DNA of 64,000 bases, from sequence record MN159079.1. One strand, 5' to 3'. The notes below the pieces were generated by a model. That model did no database searches, had not been told where the DNA came from, and saw only the letters and a list, made by a program, of their open reading frames with translations. Shown one piece after another: positions 63,830-64,000 of the stretch (the first letter of the stretch is position 1; every line of letters starts with the position of its first letter). Made by a program: the position numbers and the translations under genes.

Positions 63830-64000
63830 ATGAATGATTTCATCGCTGCTCGTTTCGGACATAACGTTTTCATCGGCTTCGATCTGGAGACACCTGATTG
63901 CTTGGATGTGATCAGTGCTTCCGGTGAACGCATGGAAGTGCTGGCGATCAGCCATTACCGTCAGGATGCTCGCGGAATGTTCCGTGATCGTCGTTACGCA
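63830..64000 (+). CDS. Hypothetical protein, 5' part (runs off the window end)
   Basis: GAGGA RBS; MNDFIAARFGHNVFIGFDLETPDCLDVISASGERMEVLAISHYRQDARGMFRDRRYA, open to the edge. Confidence 0.7.
   Translation, partial: MNDFIAARFGHNVFIGFDLETPDCLDVISASGERMEVLAISHYRQDARGMFRDRRYA

Noticed and set aside
1-64000. CRISPR arrays, tRNA/rRNA genes, IS elements or integrases
   Set aside because: No regularly spaced direct repeats, cloverleafs, or transposase/integrase motifs were seen by eye. tRNAscan-SE, CRISPRCasFinder and Infernal would be needed to exclude them formally.

Overview
This window is part of a phiKZ-related jumbo phage genome. The GroEL-like chaperonin and the tape measure > vRNAP beta' > vRNAP beta > endolysin gene order recall the EL/OBP branch. 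Left part (1-25.5 kb): mostly + strand accessory/early region. It starts with the 5' end of nrdB (minus strand, missing from the ORF track) and carries many small hypothetical genes, a CYTH-WYL fusion, a metallophosphoesterase, two minimal protein-kinase-like paralogs, ThyA, a HAD-GNAT fusion, DHFR, a ClpP-like protease, the chaperonin and a thymidine kinase with a large insertion. Right part (25.5-61 kb): conserved core with virion/head proteins, an RNase H-like protein with apparently lost catalytic residues, an SF2 helicase, UvsX/RecA, split virion RNA polymerase subunits, a 2353-aa tape-measure protein with a GH19 lysozyme domain, a modular endolysin and the prohead protease. Accessory genes resume after 61.5 kb. 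Ten copies of a promoter-like motif (GATATTAY-N5-TG) and about 19 intrinsic terminators delimit the transcription units. I saw no tRNA, rRNA, CRISPR array, intron, intein or IS element. All family assignments come from motifs and synteny recalled by eye; no searches were run.
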